Assembly: GCA_035084275.1 (NCBI GenBank) | Contig: CM068750.1 | Coordinates: 6,634,001-6,698,000 of the forward strand | Direction of reading: 5' to 3' | Origin: Hydrolagus colliei | Taxonomy: Eukaryota | Length of the DNA stretch: 64,000 nt | Part shown: positions 16,040-28,604 of the stretch, in pieces | Layout of the letters: each line of letters begins with the position of its first letter | How positions within the stretch are numbered: position 1 is the stretch's first letter | Program-made: the position numbers and the translations under genes | Notes under the pieces: model-generated | Databases searched by the model: none | The model's input: the letters and a program-made list of their open reading frames with translations, nothing else | Told to the model about the DNA's origin: nothing

Positions 16040-16663
16040 ACACTGAGCTTCAACTATGCATTGAGTTGTTGTACTGTACTGTGGGCCTGGCTGCCTACAT
16101 CATTCACAATGACCTTCCAAAGCCATTGCCTAAGCTTCATTGCCAAGCTGAGAATCTTGACAGCCCAATAAGCAGACAGTTTATATCCTGCGGTTCTTCC
16201 AGGTTTCCGAACAAAAACAAGTGATAAAAGCAATGGACGCCAAGAAGCCAAAGAGATATGTTAAATAAGAATCAGAACTGTGATGAGGATGTGTATATTT
16301 TTGAGAGACACAGAAAAGAAGATTCACCTATCAACTAGCCAGTGAAAAGTCTTTGCACATTGACTATTCTGTGGAGCAACAAATCCACGATGTTTGGAGT
16401 ATTACAACTCAGTATTACACAAACCGAGATATTCATACAAACAAACGTTTTTAAAAATCAAAGATCTTTCAAAAGCTGTTTAGGAAACCCTTAGGGTTCT
16501 TAGCAATTGTGTGTTAGACGTGCAATTACTATGTTGTTGATCAACGTTTTCCAAGAGTTTCAATGGAGATGTGGGCCTGGCCATAGGTACTGTGAACTCT
16601 GCAACATCACGCTCCTTCATTTAAATTTCTGAATCTTTTTGGTGCCTTTATTTTTGTTTGTTA

Positions 16664-16706
16664 TGTGCATGTGTGAGTGTATGTGTGTGTGTGTGTGTAT
16701 GTGTGT
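16664..16706 (+). repeat. Imperfect (TG)n microsatellite in the 3' UTR
   Basis: Directly visible TG run. Confidence 0.9.
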
Positions 16707-18705
16707 CACCTGCCGTGACAATCAACAATGTCCCATTGGCTGTCATTCTCAATGATGTAAACCGGGATCTTACACACCAAAGTAACAGATCCTGTGGGCA
16801 ATAAATAATTGTCTTGTATGTATCATAATTTGACTACAGAATGCAGGGTCACTAAGCTGTTTTTTGGTGAAATGGGGAACTGCAGATATATTGCCAGGGT
16901 TCACCTGACTGGGTTTTGCTACAGAACTGATAAGTTCTCGTTACAGTGAAGAGAGTGAAGGTTTTCTGTATTTGTGGGTCAGATGCCTGTCAGTGATGTG
17001 TGGGAGAGAACGGTTGTTTATGTGACCAGTTTGTCAAAGAGTTACTTGGTGGGCAGTGCAAATAGACTCTCTTTAAGTTTCATTGATCCAAGGGGCTATG
17101 GTCACTTCTACTGAAACGAGTACAGAAAAGACTCATGTACAAGGAAGGACACATTCATTTATATTCAGTCATTTGATCCACATTTCTGTTGCATTTGATC
17201 TTATATTACCGAGTGCTTTGATGAGCACAGTTCGGGTCAGTGTGGATAAATGTCAATTTGTAGTTTGATTTTCCGCCAGAAAGTGATGAAGTGGTTTAAA
17301 CCGGATCAAGCTTTCCTTTGAGTTTCACATTGAATAATGAAATGGCTCAGGTGTACCCTTTTAATGAAGAGTTTGCAGTTTCAGAATGAGCAAGATTCCA
17401 TAAGCAGGAATCTTTCGACATCTTTAGTCTAAAGAGTTCACCATGTCAGATGAACATAATAGATGACAAGGGAATTAATTGAACATATTACAAGAAACCT
17501 TTTTCATTTAATTAACAACAGGTAATATTTTCATTGTCTCTGAAGCAGAAATGAACTTTTTAGGTGAGATTAAATTGGTGAGAGACACGCTTGCTTGATT
17601 ACCAAGTGACTAACATTCCCATTCCGATACACAGTCTTTTGCAACCCATTATCAATTGCCATATTTTAACATTTAGCTGCGATTTCTGCAACTGGAATAG
17701 TTTCGTAAAATATTTTTTGATATGAAATATGTTTTTATTGGTATTTTTATATAACTGATATTTTTACATGAAATTATATTAAACAAGTAGATGTCAAAAT
17801 GCAGTGCAACTTTTAGCAGTATTATGACAATCCTTATCTATCATAACACAGTATTATAAATTGATACGTCAAAGATAGTTCAATGGGATTCTAATTGTAA
17901 AGGAAAACTGTTGTGGAGGAAGTATGTGGGTTAACTCTGTGGAGATTCAGGATGATTGACTTCCGCACTCTTGCCTACCGTGTAAAGATTTCTAACATCT
18001 CTACAGGACTCGAGGGTGCAATTGTCACTTCACCTGAAAATTTCCAATACGGTTCTCAACGTGATTCTGTTCATTTCCACAAGGCTGATTCTGCCACCAA
18101 TACATGAATCATTTGGGCCACTATTTAAAGAGTGTTTGCCTCACTGAGTAGTTACGGATGGGATTTCAAACCTCTTTTCTGGACGACCTTAAGCCCTTCT
18201 GTTAAGGTCACCAGCTAACCAGTACGAGACTTCACAGCTGAGAATTGAAAATAGCCAGCGACTGCTATCATCTTGCTCAAAATGTCCAGATGTTAGATTA
18301 AACCTGTAGCTGCGGTTTAAATGCTCACCTGATAATTTAAGGTTAACTTCCTGTTTGATCATTTTACCAAACTCCCCTAACATTCTCCTATTGTTGATGA
18401 GTTTATGGTGTGATAACACTAACAATAATAGCACATAGGTATAACAACTAACCAAGTGTCCTTTTAAACAGAGGCCATTAGCAGGCGCGCTGGCAAATAT
18501 CCACGTAACTTTGCTTGGTTATGGAATCAACACAAAGCCGCTCAGTGACTGTGTACGACTTCCCTCGTATGAAGAATGTGAGAGGCGTTTTGTCATGAAT
18601 CCAGATTTGAACCTGAATTGTGAACATTGCCATTCACAGTTGTGTGTTACCTTTTGGAAATGTGGTGCAGGTTCAACATGAACTTGCGAGATTCTCTCTC
18701 ATAAT

Positions 18706-18796
18706 ACAACAACAACAACAAAACTACATTTATAGAGCGCCTTTCATGTTGGGAGGACATCCCAGGGTGCTGGTACTGGGGGGAGGGGGAAGGGGG
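18706..18796 (-). mobile_element. L2-type LINE 3' end
   Basis: (caa)n, then acatttatagagcgcctttcatgttgggaggacatcccagggtgc, then a G-rich tract. Confidence 0.75.
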
Positions 18797-20281
18797 CAAG
18801 ATTGGAAATCAACCTGTTTTTAATGAAGGTGAAGTGGTTAATAGAAAATGCTGGAGCAGAAAAAATCCAGCATCTCCACAAGCTATCCCAGAGTAGAGTA
18901 AAACAATTGGCTTTGGTCTTTAGCGTGCATGTTAGAGAATACAGGATTATGTATATAGAAAACTGCCAAAATTCTGTACTAGTTCTGCATGTCAAGAGGA
19001 ATGCATCGGAATCAAGTAACAATTCAAAATAGAAGCTTAAGCAGCTGTCTTTAGGGATCACATAAGCAAATCCCCACTAGACCAGTTCTTGCTATCCAGT
19101 TAAAATGTACATTTGGGGTTTTTTTGTGTGCCGGCATAAATCATTTACAGTAAATGCCTCTCTCCATCTGACAGAATTCTATGAATGGGAACCAATTGCA
19201 ATTAACTGTCCTGCGTTTGGCAAAACAAACCCGCACAACTGATCAATCTTTGTAGAATCTAAAACGGGAAGTATTATTGTAGCACTGCTCTCTTTGTGTT
19301 AACTGGTAATTACCATTGCATCCGAAACCAAAATCGGCTATAGCAACAACCCCTGTCGTGTGATCCTTGGAAAGAACCTTTTTAAAATGTATGTTTTTGA
19401 CTGTTGGGTTTGTCCTAGCTACGAGTTGCTAATGATGTGTCACTTTGTCGGTGAAAGATGGTCCCTCACACCATTTTGGGCACTTCTTGAGCTCTTGGGA
19501 AAACTAGTAAAAAGATCAGAAATTACAGTACTTATATGTTATCTATTGGCAGATCAATTGAATCAACTGGGAGAATTCAGTGTAAAGAAAAAATCTGATC
19601 CCGTGCAGATTAACACACAAAATTAAATAAAATTCAATGGATTATCTGTGGTATAAATAGACTCACGTTTGGGATTTATGAGATGTGGAAAGTGCGCCAG
19701 TTATGACTCATTCCATGCTAATCCACAACTAATTGAAGCTGCAAGTAGGTTACAGCAATAGGATGGGCCAGGGTAGGGAGAGGTTTTCTGTTACATCGGT
19801 CTCCAGGTACATCCTTTTTAAATTCCTCCTGGGGAAGATTTATTATGTTTAGAACTTTTTTTTGATATAGCCAATAAACTGGTTAGACTGACAAAATAAG
19901 GCCACGTCCCTTTCAGTTATGTTTTTAGTTTTCTTTTGTTAATTATTTTCATGGGCTTTATATAAATTGGACCTAATAATTTGAGTTTTGTCCAGCAACA
20001 TTTGGACTGTAGTGAAAGATTGAATTGGTTATTTATTCCCAAACTAGGATTTATTCATTAGTTTTTTTTATTAAAAAAAGGACAACAATATATCAAACAT
20101 TGTAACATTTTATATCCTTTAAAATGATGATTGCACAAACTGTAAATAATCCTTTCTGTGAAAGGAGCTTTTTTTTTCTGCCAGGATATGTAAGATAAGA
20201 GAAGATTGTGCTTCCTGTAGTTGAATTCTTTCGCAACAATGAAGTCCAGTATGTGCCTTCAAGGTACAAATGCCAAAATAT

Positions 20282-20330
20282 AATAAAAGTTAATTTTGTT
20301 TGCATTTGTCTTTTTCTTGGTGTTTTTGGA
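20282..20330 (+). terminator. Candidate polyadenylation signal with downstream U/GU-rich element
   Basis: AATAAA at 20282-20287 is followed by tttgtctttttcttggtgtttttgg. Upstream TGTA motifs lie at 20101 and 20141. Confidence 0.55.
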
Positions 20331-20752
20331 TGGGCTCAAAACATCCATTGCAGCAGTACGAAAGCCTAAACCTGAAAATCACAGCTAAGCCCCTAGCTGC
20401 TTGATGCTCCAATCAGTTTGTATTGAGTTGATCAGTCCCCAAAGGAGCACTAAGGAAGAACAGCTATAAGGTGTCCCCTGCCTCAGTGTCACCTCCTGAC
20501 AGCTTATCATCGAGTGACATTGATAGCCTAGAAGGCTCTAGTTCAGACTGTTCCATCCATCTGTCCAATGTGGGTAAGAGATTAGAATAAAACAGATGAC
20601 CTAACATCAGGCAGGTTTTTACACTTTGGAAAATCTTACAAAAATGGAAATTCTTGAAAGCTGCAATATTAGGTCTCTATAAAGGAGCTTTTGATCTGTA
20701 TCCTGATCTATCAATCTTGTTGATTTCTTCTTCCACCTAGCACTTTTAACCA

Positions 20753-21011
20753 GGATTATTATTAGGTGTGTGGAGTGAGGAAGCCTTGGGCAAGTTTCCT
20801 AACTACATGCTTAATAATAATCCTTTAAAAAAATTAAAGTCATTTCAATCCATGGCTGTTTGTGGGAGACTGTTGTGTGCAATTGACTGCCGCGTTTCGC
20901 CCACATATATGCAGTGAATTCACTACAGTATATTCTGTGAAGCGCTTTGAGACGTCTAGAATACGTGAAAAGTACTTTATCAAATGCAAGGATTTTTATT
21001 ATTATGATTAT
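20753..21011 (+). mobile_element. SINE copy whose tRNA head is replaced by an inverted segment of itself
   Basis: 20785-21011 matches the SINE body and tail. 20753-20784 is the reverse complement of the adjacent SINE segment. Confidence 0.88.
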
Positions 21012-22649
21012 TTTCAGTGAGAGAATGCAACAATTGGTGTATTCTAACAACTTTTTTTGGTCCACAGCTTTCCTGACATAACAAGCCAAACTGGTATAAT
21101 TTATTAATCCACATTGACTGATCATTTGACTGATTCAAAAGCTGGCAATCTTTACCCTTGTCAGGATTTTAAGGAAATGTTCGTTTTCTTAGAGAGAGAT
21201 ACCCTTTTATTGCTTTTGAACGTGAATTGTTAAACTGCCTAATAATTAAAGTTTAAGTGATTTTAATTCTGGTGTAAAGCACTTTGGATGATGAATTGGA
21301 CTAGTATCTATCAGCACTTTACTGTTTGTCGTTGGAGCTGCTTCATCTCCAAGCACTTTGTAATGGAGGTGTCATGCTATGCAGTCACCTGTGACTAGCT
21401 GGCAGTTCTATTGCGCATTTCAAAACAGCTTCTCACTAAGGGAGCAGCACGTACAGTGCATACTCTTATGTACACTTGTCAAATAGAATCAGCCCAAAAT
21501 AGAAAATACAGTAAATCCTCACCTCGAGCTAAAACATTGAGCAATTTCAGTTCTGGAAAATGACAACACTTTCAGCAATGAGTGTTACCATTGCGTCAAG
21601 TGCTGCCTAGAGTATTTAAATGTTAAAGATACACTGACCACCCCACCCACCCCACCATGTGCATTAATCCCAAACTTAGATGAGCAACATAGCAGCATTT
21701 TTATTTCAAGCTCCAATTATCCCTGTGGCAAAAACAAGACTCATAATTAGCTTTATGCTGTGGGTCTGGGTTGAGACTGCTCAAGAGTTTGCTGAATGAC
21801 CATACCATGAAATACCAACTTGGATTTAACCACGGGTTACAGCAGTGATAAACCAGAACATTGAACTTGTGCATCATTCCAAATCCTGCTTTGCATTTTT
21901 CAATTATTGATGAGCAGCAGCTGCCACAATGAAATTAGTTCTTTACCAGCAACCAAATAATGGAAAAGCGAAGGAACATTCACAAGGGGTTTGAAGCAAT
22001 GTTTCCATAATTACCCATTTAAAATCAATTATTGGGGAATTTAAAACGGTCACTATTTGCAATGTTAACTAAGGGCCAACTTTCACAGTTGGCGCATCCA
22101 AACAATAAACAGGCTTTTGCATCTAACAAGATGACTTGATAAAAAGGAAGTTGTATAATGATAGCTTGATCACTAAATCTCAAGGTTCACCTCTTTGTGT
22201 GGTTTGGAATGTGTTGACAGTTGTTCGTTAGTCAACGTGTGGAGATGAACAAGACCTTACTTGCCTAAATGTGGCAATGATGCTGGGACCTTTTTTCTTA
22301 AGAAATGCTTTCAAGTACTGTATGAGTTTTAACTTCCATGTTTGATGCTCAGATTTAATCCCGAATTGTTTTCACCTCAAAGCAAGTAATTCAAAGAGAA
22401 AGCTCCCCGTTTCTTCCTGCGTTAGCGGGTGCTGTTCATTACTTGTAATTCTCTCACCAGCAGTTTTTACTCATACTCTCATGTGGCTTCTTGTCTGTTT
22501 GAGAGCTCAGGCATTTCAACGTTTTCTTGGACTTCAGGGCCGGTTTCACCTAATGCTCAGTATGGACAGTATGGAAGCTGTGGTTGAAAAAAGCAATTAA
22601 TGTTTCATATTTTCTCCTCTTTCGAGCGAGTGCAGAAGAAACCCAACTA

Positions 22650-23030
22650 AAGACCTGGCCTGGGTTCTGATCCAGGCTCCAATGAAAGTTTTTTTTAATC
22701 AAATGTGAAGATTCCAAATCAACTGGGTTTGAACCAATCTTGAAGGACGTCTTAACATCTCCTCAATTTGGCAGACATGGAACTGGCAGGGTAACTCACA
22801 AAGGAATGAATAATGTGGGAAATGAAGACATTCACACTTGTGTGGTGAAGGTTCGCATATCTCTTGAGGTTACGATTGAGACGTGTTGGATGTTAAGGCA
22901 AAGTGGAGAGAGATTTATTTTGCTTCTAGCTTGTGACCTGGCAGTGTTTAATGTCGACGCTAGGTGTCAAAAGCAGAAGAGCATTCCTCAACACTGACAT
23001 CTCTCCCCTCAATAAATACATAATTCAACA
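22650..23030 (+). mobile_element. Possible LF-SINE-like ancient SINE relic
   Basis: cctgggttctgatccagg...tgaaagt head and gaggttacgattgagacgtgttgg...ggcaaagtggagagag resemble the recalled LF-SINE consensus. It is highly diverged. Confidence 0.35.
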
Positions 23031-25239
23031 AAAATAATGAAAACGTGACCAGTTCTTCCTCCCCCACACCCACCGTACTACTTTTCAAATGGAAAATAAT
23101 ACATTGCACCTCAGTTAAGAAAATATAGAAAAAAAACCTAAGTACATATCATTTATTGGGTACAAGTTACACCAATAGACTTTGTTTGCAAATATACACA
23201 TTCGAATAGGAAAAAGGAATGGGCTTTGAATCTTTGTTGTAGAGAACTTTGAAAGACGATTGTAATTAAATTACTTTTCATGTGAATAACATATATCACA
23301 GCAATAAGAGAAGAGGAGGACAGAAGGAGGTCAGGGCTTTATAAATGATGGCTGTCACTTTGATGCTTGAGGAATGAGAAAAATCCAGCCCAGAACATGT
23401 CTGTCTTTGAACTTTTGCTGGTTGTCTGTGATTTCCTAAGGCCTTACCATGCCGAGTCCTGTGTTTGCAATTCCATTCTCCCCTCTTCAGTACAAACTCT
23501 TTTGTATTAACTCTTACTTCATAATTTGCATCAACAGCCCAGTGACAAATTATCCCACCAACAAATAATCTCCACACCTCATTTAGAGTGTAAACTAGAA
23601 GATTAATCTGACATCAAATTGTTACACTCTACATTAGAATGTATGTTAGGAGAATGGAACTATTTCCCCAGAACATACTTAACTCCTTAATGCTTGAGAC
23701 TTCCATTCCGATTCATAGGGAAAATTCTAAGTCATTACAAACTCAGAAAAAGTGGATCACGATCTCCAGAATCCATCTCCACAATTCCATTATTCAATCC
23801 TTGCCTGTTCCTTCCACAAACAATATAATAACAATATTAATAATAATCTGAAAGGGAAGTGCTGGTACAACTTGTTCAAAAGTAGTATGGTTTAATCTGC
23901 ACCAAACCAATTTGTTGATGACTCCCTGTATTTTTCACTGGGATCTGTCTCATCATCTTAGCCAATTCATAGCATCATCCCACAGGCAATGTATCACAAG
24001 GAAACACAATTCATAACATACTACAGCCATATTCAACAACATGAGACCATTTAATTTTGCAACTCACATCACATCTTTCTGATGCTCGGGCTCACACTTG
24101 AGCCTCTGATTGGATTGCTTATGTATGAGCAGATTTCATGAGGCATTGTAAACTTACGTTAAAAACTGTAATAAGGAGGCAGTTTAATCATAACTATATT
24201 ACTATTCGGATTAAAATGTATGGAAAAATTGAATCTATCAGTCCCAGCGGGTGGAATGAGTGGAGCCAATTCCAGTTTATAGCCCATTTGAAGAATCCTA
24301 GAAGCAGCCACTGGGTGTGAACAGCCACTCCTCTGGCTATTTAGAAACTGACAATCACAATGGAGATGACTTCATCAATTCATTCATACTGACCAACCGC
24401 CTGGTGAAATTACAAGCTAGAAGCTGTTTTGATTTATGTGGCATAGTTTTAAAGGATTGTTCCAATTTTCCTAGTTACTTTATTCCTGTTACTGTATCCA
24501 GTTTGGGAATCCATAGGTTGTGATGACCTTTGCTAGTCTGTTTTCGGTCAACAAAAGTAACTTACCTTCACTTTAAATGGTTGAACGTTAACGAGAAGCA
24601 CAGCTACAAAACCTTATTCAGCTTTTCCACTGTTTCAAGATGTGCCTGCATAATGACCATAAGGGTCTTGTTAAAGAAAGGGTAACTTACAATAAATTAG
24701 ATGGTTTTCAAACAAATGCTGACACAGCTTTTTGATTAAGGCCCAGGTTGTAAATTAATTTAAACATCAGTAATGCCACAACAATTGGCAATCATGATTT
24801 GGATTACTAAAGCATTCCATTACAGCATTAACCTTAATATCTTCAAGATGGATGGAAATTTGAAAAGACTGGCATATGCTGAGAGGCAATATTGATTTGA
24901 ATCCAGTGATTTGAACAGCCATGCGTGTCTAATTGAAGAGAAGGTAGCACAATGGTAAAAGAGAACTTTTAATCACATTAACTCCCCTCTTCCCCCACCC
25001 GCCTCACTGCATCCTACCCAGATTGATGGACACCAAAAGTTAACTCCTTTTCAGACATTGAATATAATGACAGGAAGAATATTACTATTAACTGGTATTT
25101 GTTAGTAAGAACGAAATAAGAAACTTCTGCAATCATTTCATCACAGAAACCAACATAGTATATTCTGTTTTGAAATCTCTTAATGACATAAGGATCGATA
25201 TCAGATGCAAGGATTATTATTGTTATTACATCTATATAG

Positions 25240-25519
25240 TAATAATAATATTAATAATCCTTACATTTGTATAGCGCTTTCCACGTCTTATCGACATCTC
25301 AAAGCGCTTCACAGCATTCAACAACGTCCCAAGGTTGGGACCAGAGCAGGGGAGGGGGTAGAAGAAAAGAGGGAAGAAAGGGGGGAAAAGATGTAGGGAC
25401 CAGAGCATGCAGGGAGGGGTAGTGGTTGGGGGAAGGAAAGTAGGCAAATTGACTATATATTTGTGGGAGAAACACGGCGGCCAAATTGCGCATCACAGTG
25501 TCCCACAAACAGTCGTGGA
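25240..25519 (-). mobile_element. SINE 3' half interrupted by a ~125-bp purine-rich insert
   Basis: SINE tail at 25240-25319 and SINE body at 25446-25519 are separated by non-SINE sequence. Confidence 0.8.
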
Positions 25520-25649
25520 AGTGGGGTTTGGGAAAAAAGAGTGTAAGGGAGTAAAGGCAATTAGCAATTGTAGGAGCAAAATGCTTGTGGAGGAAGAAGA
25601 CAAGGTTGGATAGTGAAGAGGTAGGGTGGATGAATACGCTGGTGTTTTA

Positions 25650-25705
25650 CTGGGCACGTCCTCCCAACGTGAAAGGTGCTCTACAAATGTAATTTTGTTG
25701 TTGTT
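25650..25705 (+). mobile_element. L2-type 3' tail
   Basis: acgtcctcccaacgtgaaaggtgctctacaaatgtaattttgttgttgtt. Confidence 0.75.
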
Positions 25706-27014
25706 ACTTCACTTCCTTCTGAAGACAGAACTGGGTGATAAGGGATCCACTAAAAAGTGTCATCTGTGAAAGCAACTGATGGGCCTTTTCTTGATCCCAC
25801 ATTGTTAATTTCTGCTCTATTACATGTTTTATTCAAACAGCAATTTCCATTTAAATAGCGCCCCTCATGCAAGGTAGAGTCCCAGAGAGCATGAAACAAT
25901 GATAGAACTGGCATTATGAACCTTGAAAAAAACTAGTCAGGATAGTGCAGTGAGTTAGTCACACAGCAGTTCCAGTGTAATACAACAGTATGAATGTAAG
26001 CAGAGAGCTGATGTAGTGCCTTGTATGAGTGCATTTCAGGCTTGGCAGAAGACTGTTACACTACCAGCTCTCATCTGGAATTGAGTCCCACCAAGGAAAC
26101 GTCTGATGACCAATACTGATTGAATTTGGAAGGTTTTAAAGATGCAGTGGCACAGCTGGCTTTCTGGTAACATTAAGAACATTAAATGTGCTCCACTAGA
26201 CAGAGTTCGTTTCAGTTTAAAAGCTGACTTTGCATCAAGATGGTCATCAGACCCGAGTCATATTCCATAATCAAAAGCTTTGATTGACTGAAACCACTTT
26301 CTGTTGTAGATGTTTTGGGGGGCTCTGCTCGAAGGAAAATTTTGTCTGTTTCAAATCTAGCTTCACTGTGGTGCATTGTGGTTTAGAAACCACATTGAAG
26401 CCACACAAATTCTGCAGTGTGACTGCAGCTTTCGCTCCAGTACAGAATCTCCTATTAAAACTGGGCTTTCCTTTCAATGGGGCTGTTCTGTACCTGACTG
26501 GGGATTGCTTAATCCTGTCACTATTTGTTTAGACATTCCTTAACCTTCTATCAGGGTGTGAAGGATCACTGCAGAAAAAAAGCTTACTGCGTGCTGTAAC
26601 ATGTCAAATGTAAAATCTGTAAGCATTCCATGTGTAAACTCATATATCTTATGACTTTGTCCCTGTTTATTTACCAGTGATAAACTGTTTCTTTGAAACT
26701 TTCTTTGAAAGTGGTACATGTTTATGTCGATCAACCGTATATAAAAAAAGGCTGTAAAATATCATTAGTTTTCCATTCGTTTTTTGTGTTCTGTGTCTTA
26801 GCTTTCTTTAGTGCTTATGCACCAGAAGGTTCAGCAATGTCACTGGGTAACACCAATAGATGTCTTATAGAAGTGTGTGGGGAATGGAGTCCCAGTTGCA
26901 GATCATGTTGATTTTCTACACCGCTGTTTACTGATACTGACAAGCACATTAAACTGTTACACCGGTTTGGTTGAATGAACAGTTTGGGGTTTTAAGTGGT
27001 CGTAGTTGCCACTG

Positions 27015-27325
27015 TTAACCTCTACGGCCTTGTTCCTTCCTACCTCTGTGGCCTGCTAATGCCTTATCAACCAGTCCGCTCCCACTACTCAGCAGGCTCC
27101 AGCCTGCTCCACATCCCCCTCCCGGCCCATCCTATCTACAGCCTCTCTACCCCAACCCTCTGGAACTCCAACCCACAATCCCTTCGCCTCACTCCCTCCC
27201 TTGCCTCCTTCAAGGCACATCTCAAGACCCTCATCTTTGACTGCGCCTTTGCCCCCACCCACCCTCCATAATTTCAAACCTCTCCAACACCTCCTGGTTC
27301 GGGTCCAAACATGGAAGGCACTGTA
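27015..27325 (+). mobile_element. L2-clade LINE ORF2 C-terminus and 3' UTR fragment
   Basis: Translates to LYGLVPSYLCGLLMPYQPVRS...PTLWNSNPQSLRLTPSLASFKAHLKTLIFDCAF, the L2 pattern LWNSLP..LR...SL..FK..LKT.LF. Confidence 0.85.
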
Positions 27326-27499
27326 TGAATGGAGCATTGAAGCTGACACCCTCATCATTCTGGAGATTGAGCTGGAAAATACACAACACAATGTGTACTG
27401 ATGTTTCATGTGTGAGATCTTCAGCAGTTTGTTCTAGATTTGACAACAGATTTATTGCTGCCTGGGAAACCTGAAGGTAAAATCACAGGTGGACTGGAT

Positions 27500-27570
27500 A
27501 CAACAACAACCACAACAAAATTACACTTGTACTGTATAACGCCTTTCAGTCAGGAGGACGTCCCAAGGCC
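27500..27570 (-). mobile_element. L2-type 3' tail
   Basis: (caa)n...aacgcctttcagtcaggaggacgtcccaaggc. Confidence 0.7.
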
Positions 27571-28501
27571 ATGGATACTACCCTTTGGGAGTGTTCACAT
27601 TATGCTAACAAATTGTGAAAATACATGCACCTAGGACGATTAAAGCCCACTCTGATTAAAAGGTAATTTCAACAAAAAGCATCTCAAAATGGCCACTGTT
27701 CATCTAATTTAGCATGCAACCTCAACTGGGTCCTAAGGAAGTCCACAAGTGACTCTGTAACAATCAAAGACTGTGTGATTCAAGATTCTGGTTTGTTTTG
27801 CTGAACAACTGCAAGGTAGGTACCATGCTTTCAGCTTGTCTCCTCTGGAGACTTCCAATCTGATTCCTCCTCCTGGTTACAATGTCTGGCTAATCATTTA
27901 CTGGTAGGTTTTCATGGGAGATTTTGTTGTCAAATAGCAATGGTGCACATTGCCAGCTTCTTGGCTTCCTCCTCGTCTAACTCCCACAACGGCTTGCTGC
28001 TGTCTGCAGGCTTGAATGCTTTAAACCCACAAAGTGGTCTCATATATTATTGCCAAAAGCTGAACACTCTGAACATATGATATTCTGGGTGGAAATAAAA
28101 GCAATTGTTAGCATACCAATGTGGCTAGAGATGCTTGTACTTTGGATTTTTTATTAATGTTCCTTTAACTGGAAGACAATATGATTTGAGGACATCTTTA
28201 TAGATAGTTGGATAGTTGGATGTAGTGATAATTGAAAGATTTTTATGTATACAGTATTGGTAAGTTTAAAATGTTTTGGTTTATTTTTAAGCAGAATTTT
28301 TGCTAGTGCAGAAGCTTTGCACGGCTTATTTTCTCTGAGCCGTTTGCCTGGACATGAAGATTTCGGTAAGAATCAGTGATTCTCGGAACAGTATTTTGAT
28401 TCCGGCCAAATTTGGAGATTTGTGACTGAAGCTAATCTTTGTCCTTGGCAGCCTTTCGTAGTATATCTCAGCTATTTTCTGGAGTCAGTCACTGGCATCC
28501 C

Positions 28502-28604
28502 GTTTGTTGTTTGAGACTTCATTAACTACTGACCTATTTCTGCCCATACACTTTCTTATGGGTGGAAATAGCTCAGTTAGTTAATGAAGTCTCAAAAAAC
28601 AGAC
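28502..28604. repeat. Near-perfect inverted repeat (hairpin, ~47-bp stem, ~8-nt loop)
   Basis: tttgagacttcattaacta-ctgacctatttctgcccata versus tatgggtggaaatagctcagttagttaatgaagtctcaaa. Confidence 0.92.

Larger units (their letters stand above)
16040..20310 (+). other. FRMD6: Probable FRMD6 3' UTR (~4.3 kb; end inferred)
   Basis: Follows the stop codon and is AU-rich and repeat-poor. It ends at the best-context poly(A) signal. Other AATAAA hexamers near 16800, 19626 and 19873 could give shorter forms. Confidence 0.55.

Noticed and set aside
26996-27271. 91-aa ORF (and 44297-44596, 48635-48817) as host genes
   Set aside because: These are or overlap decayed L2/CR1 ORF2 C-terminal remnants.
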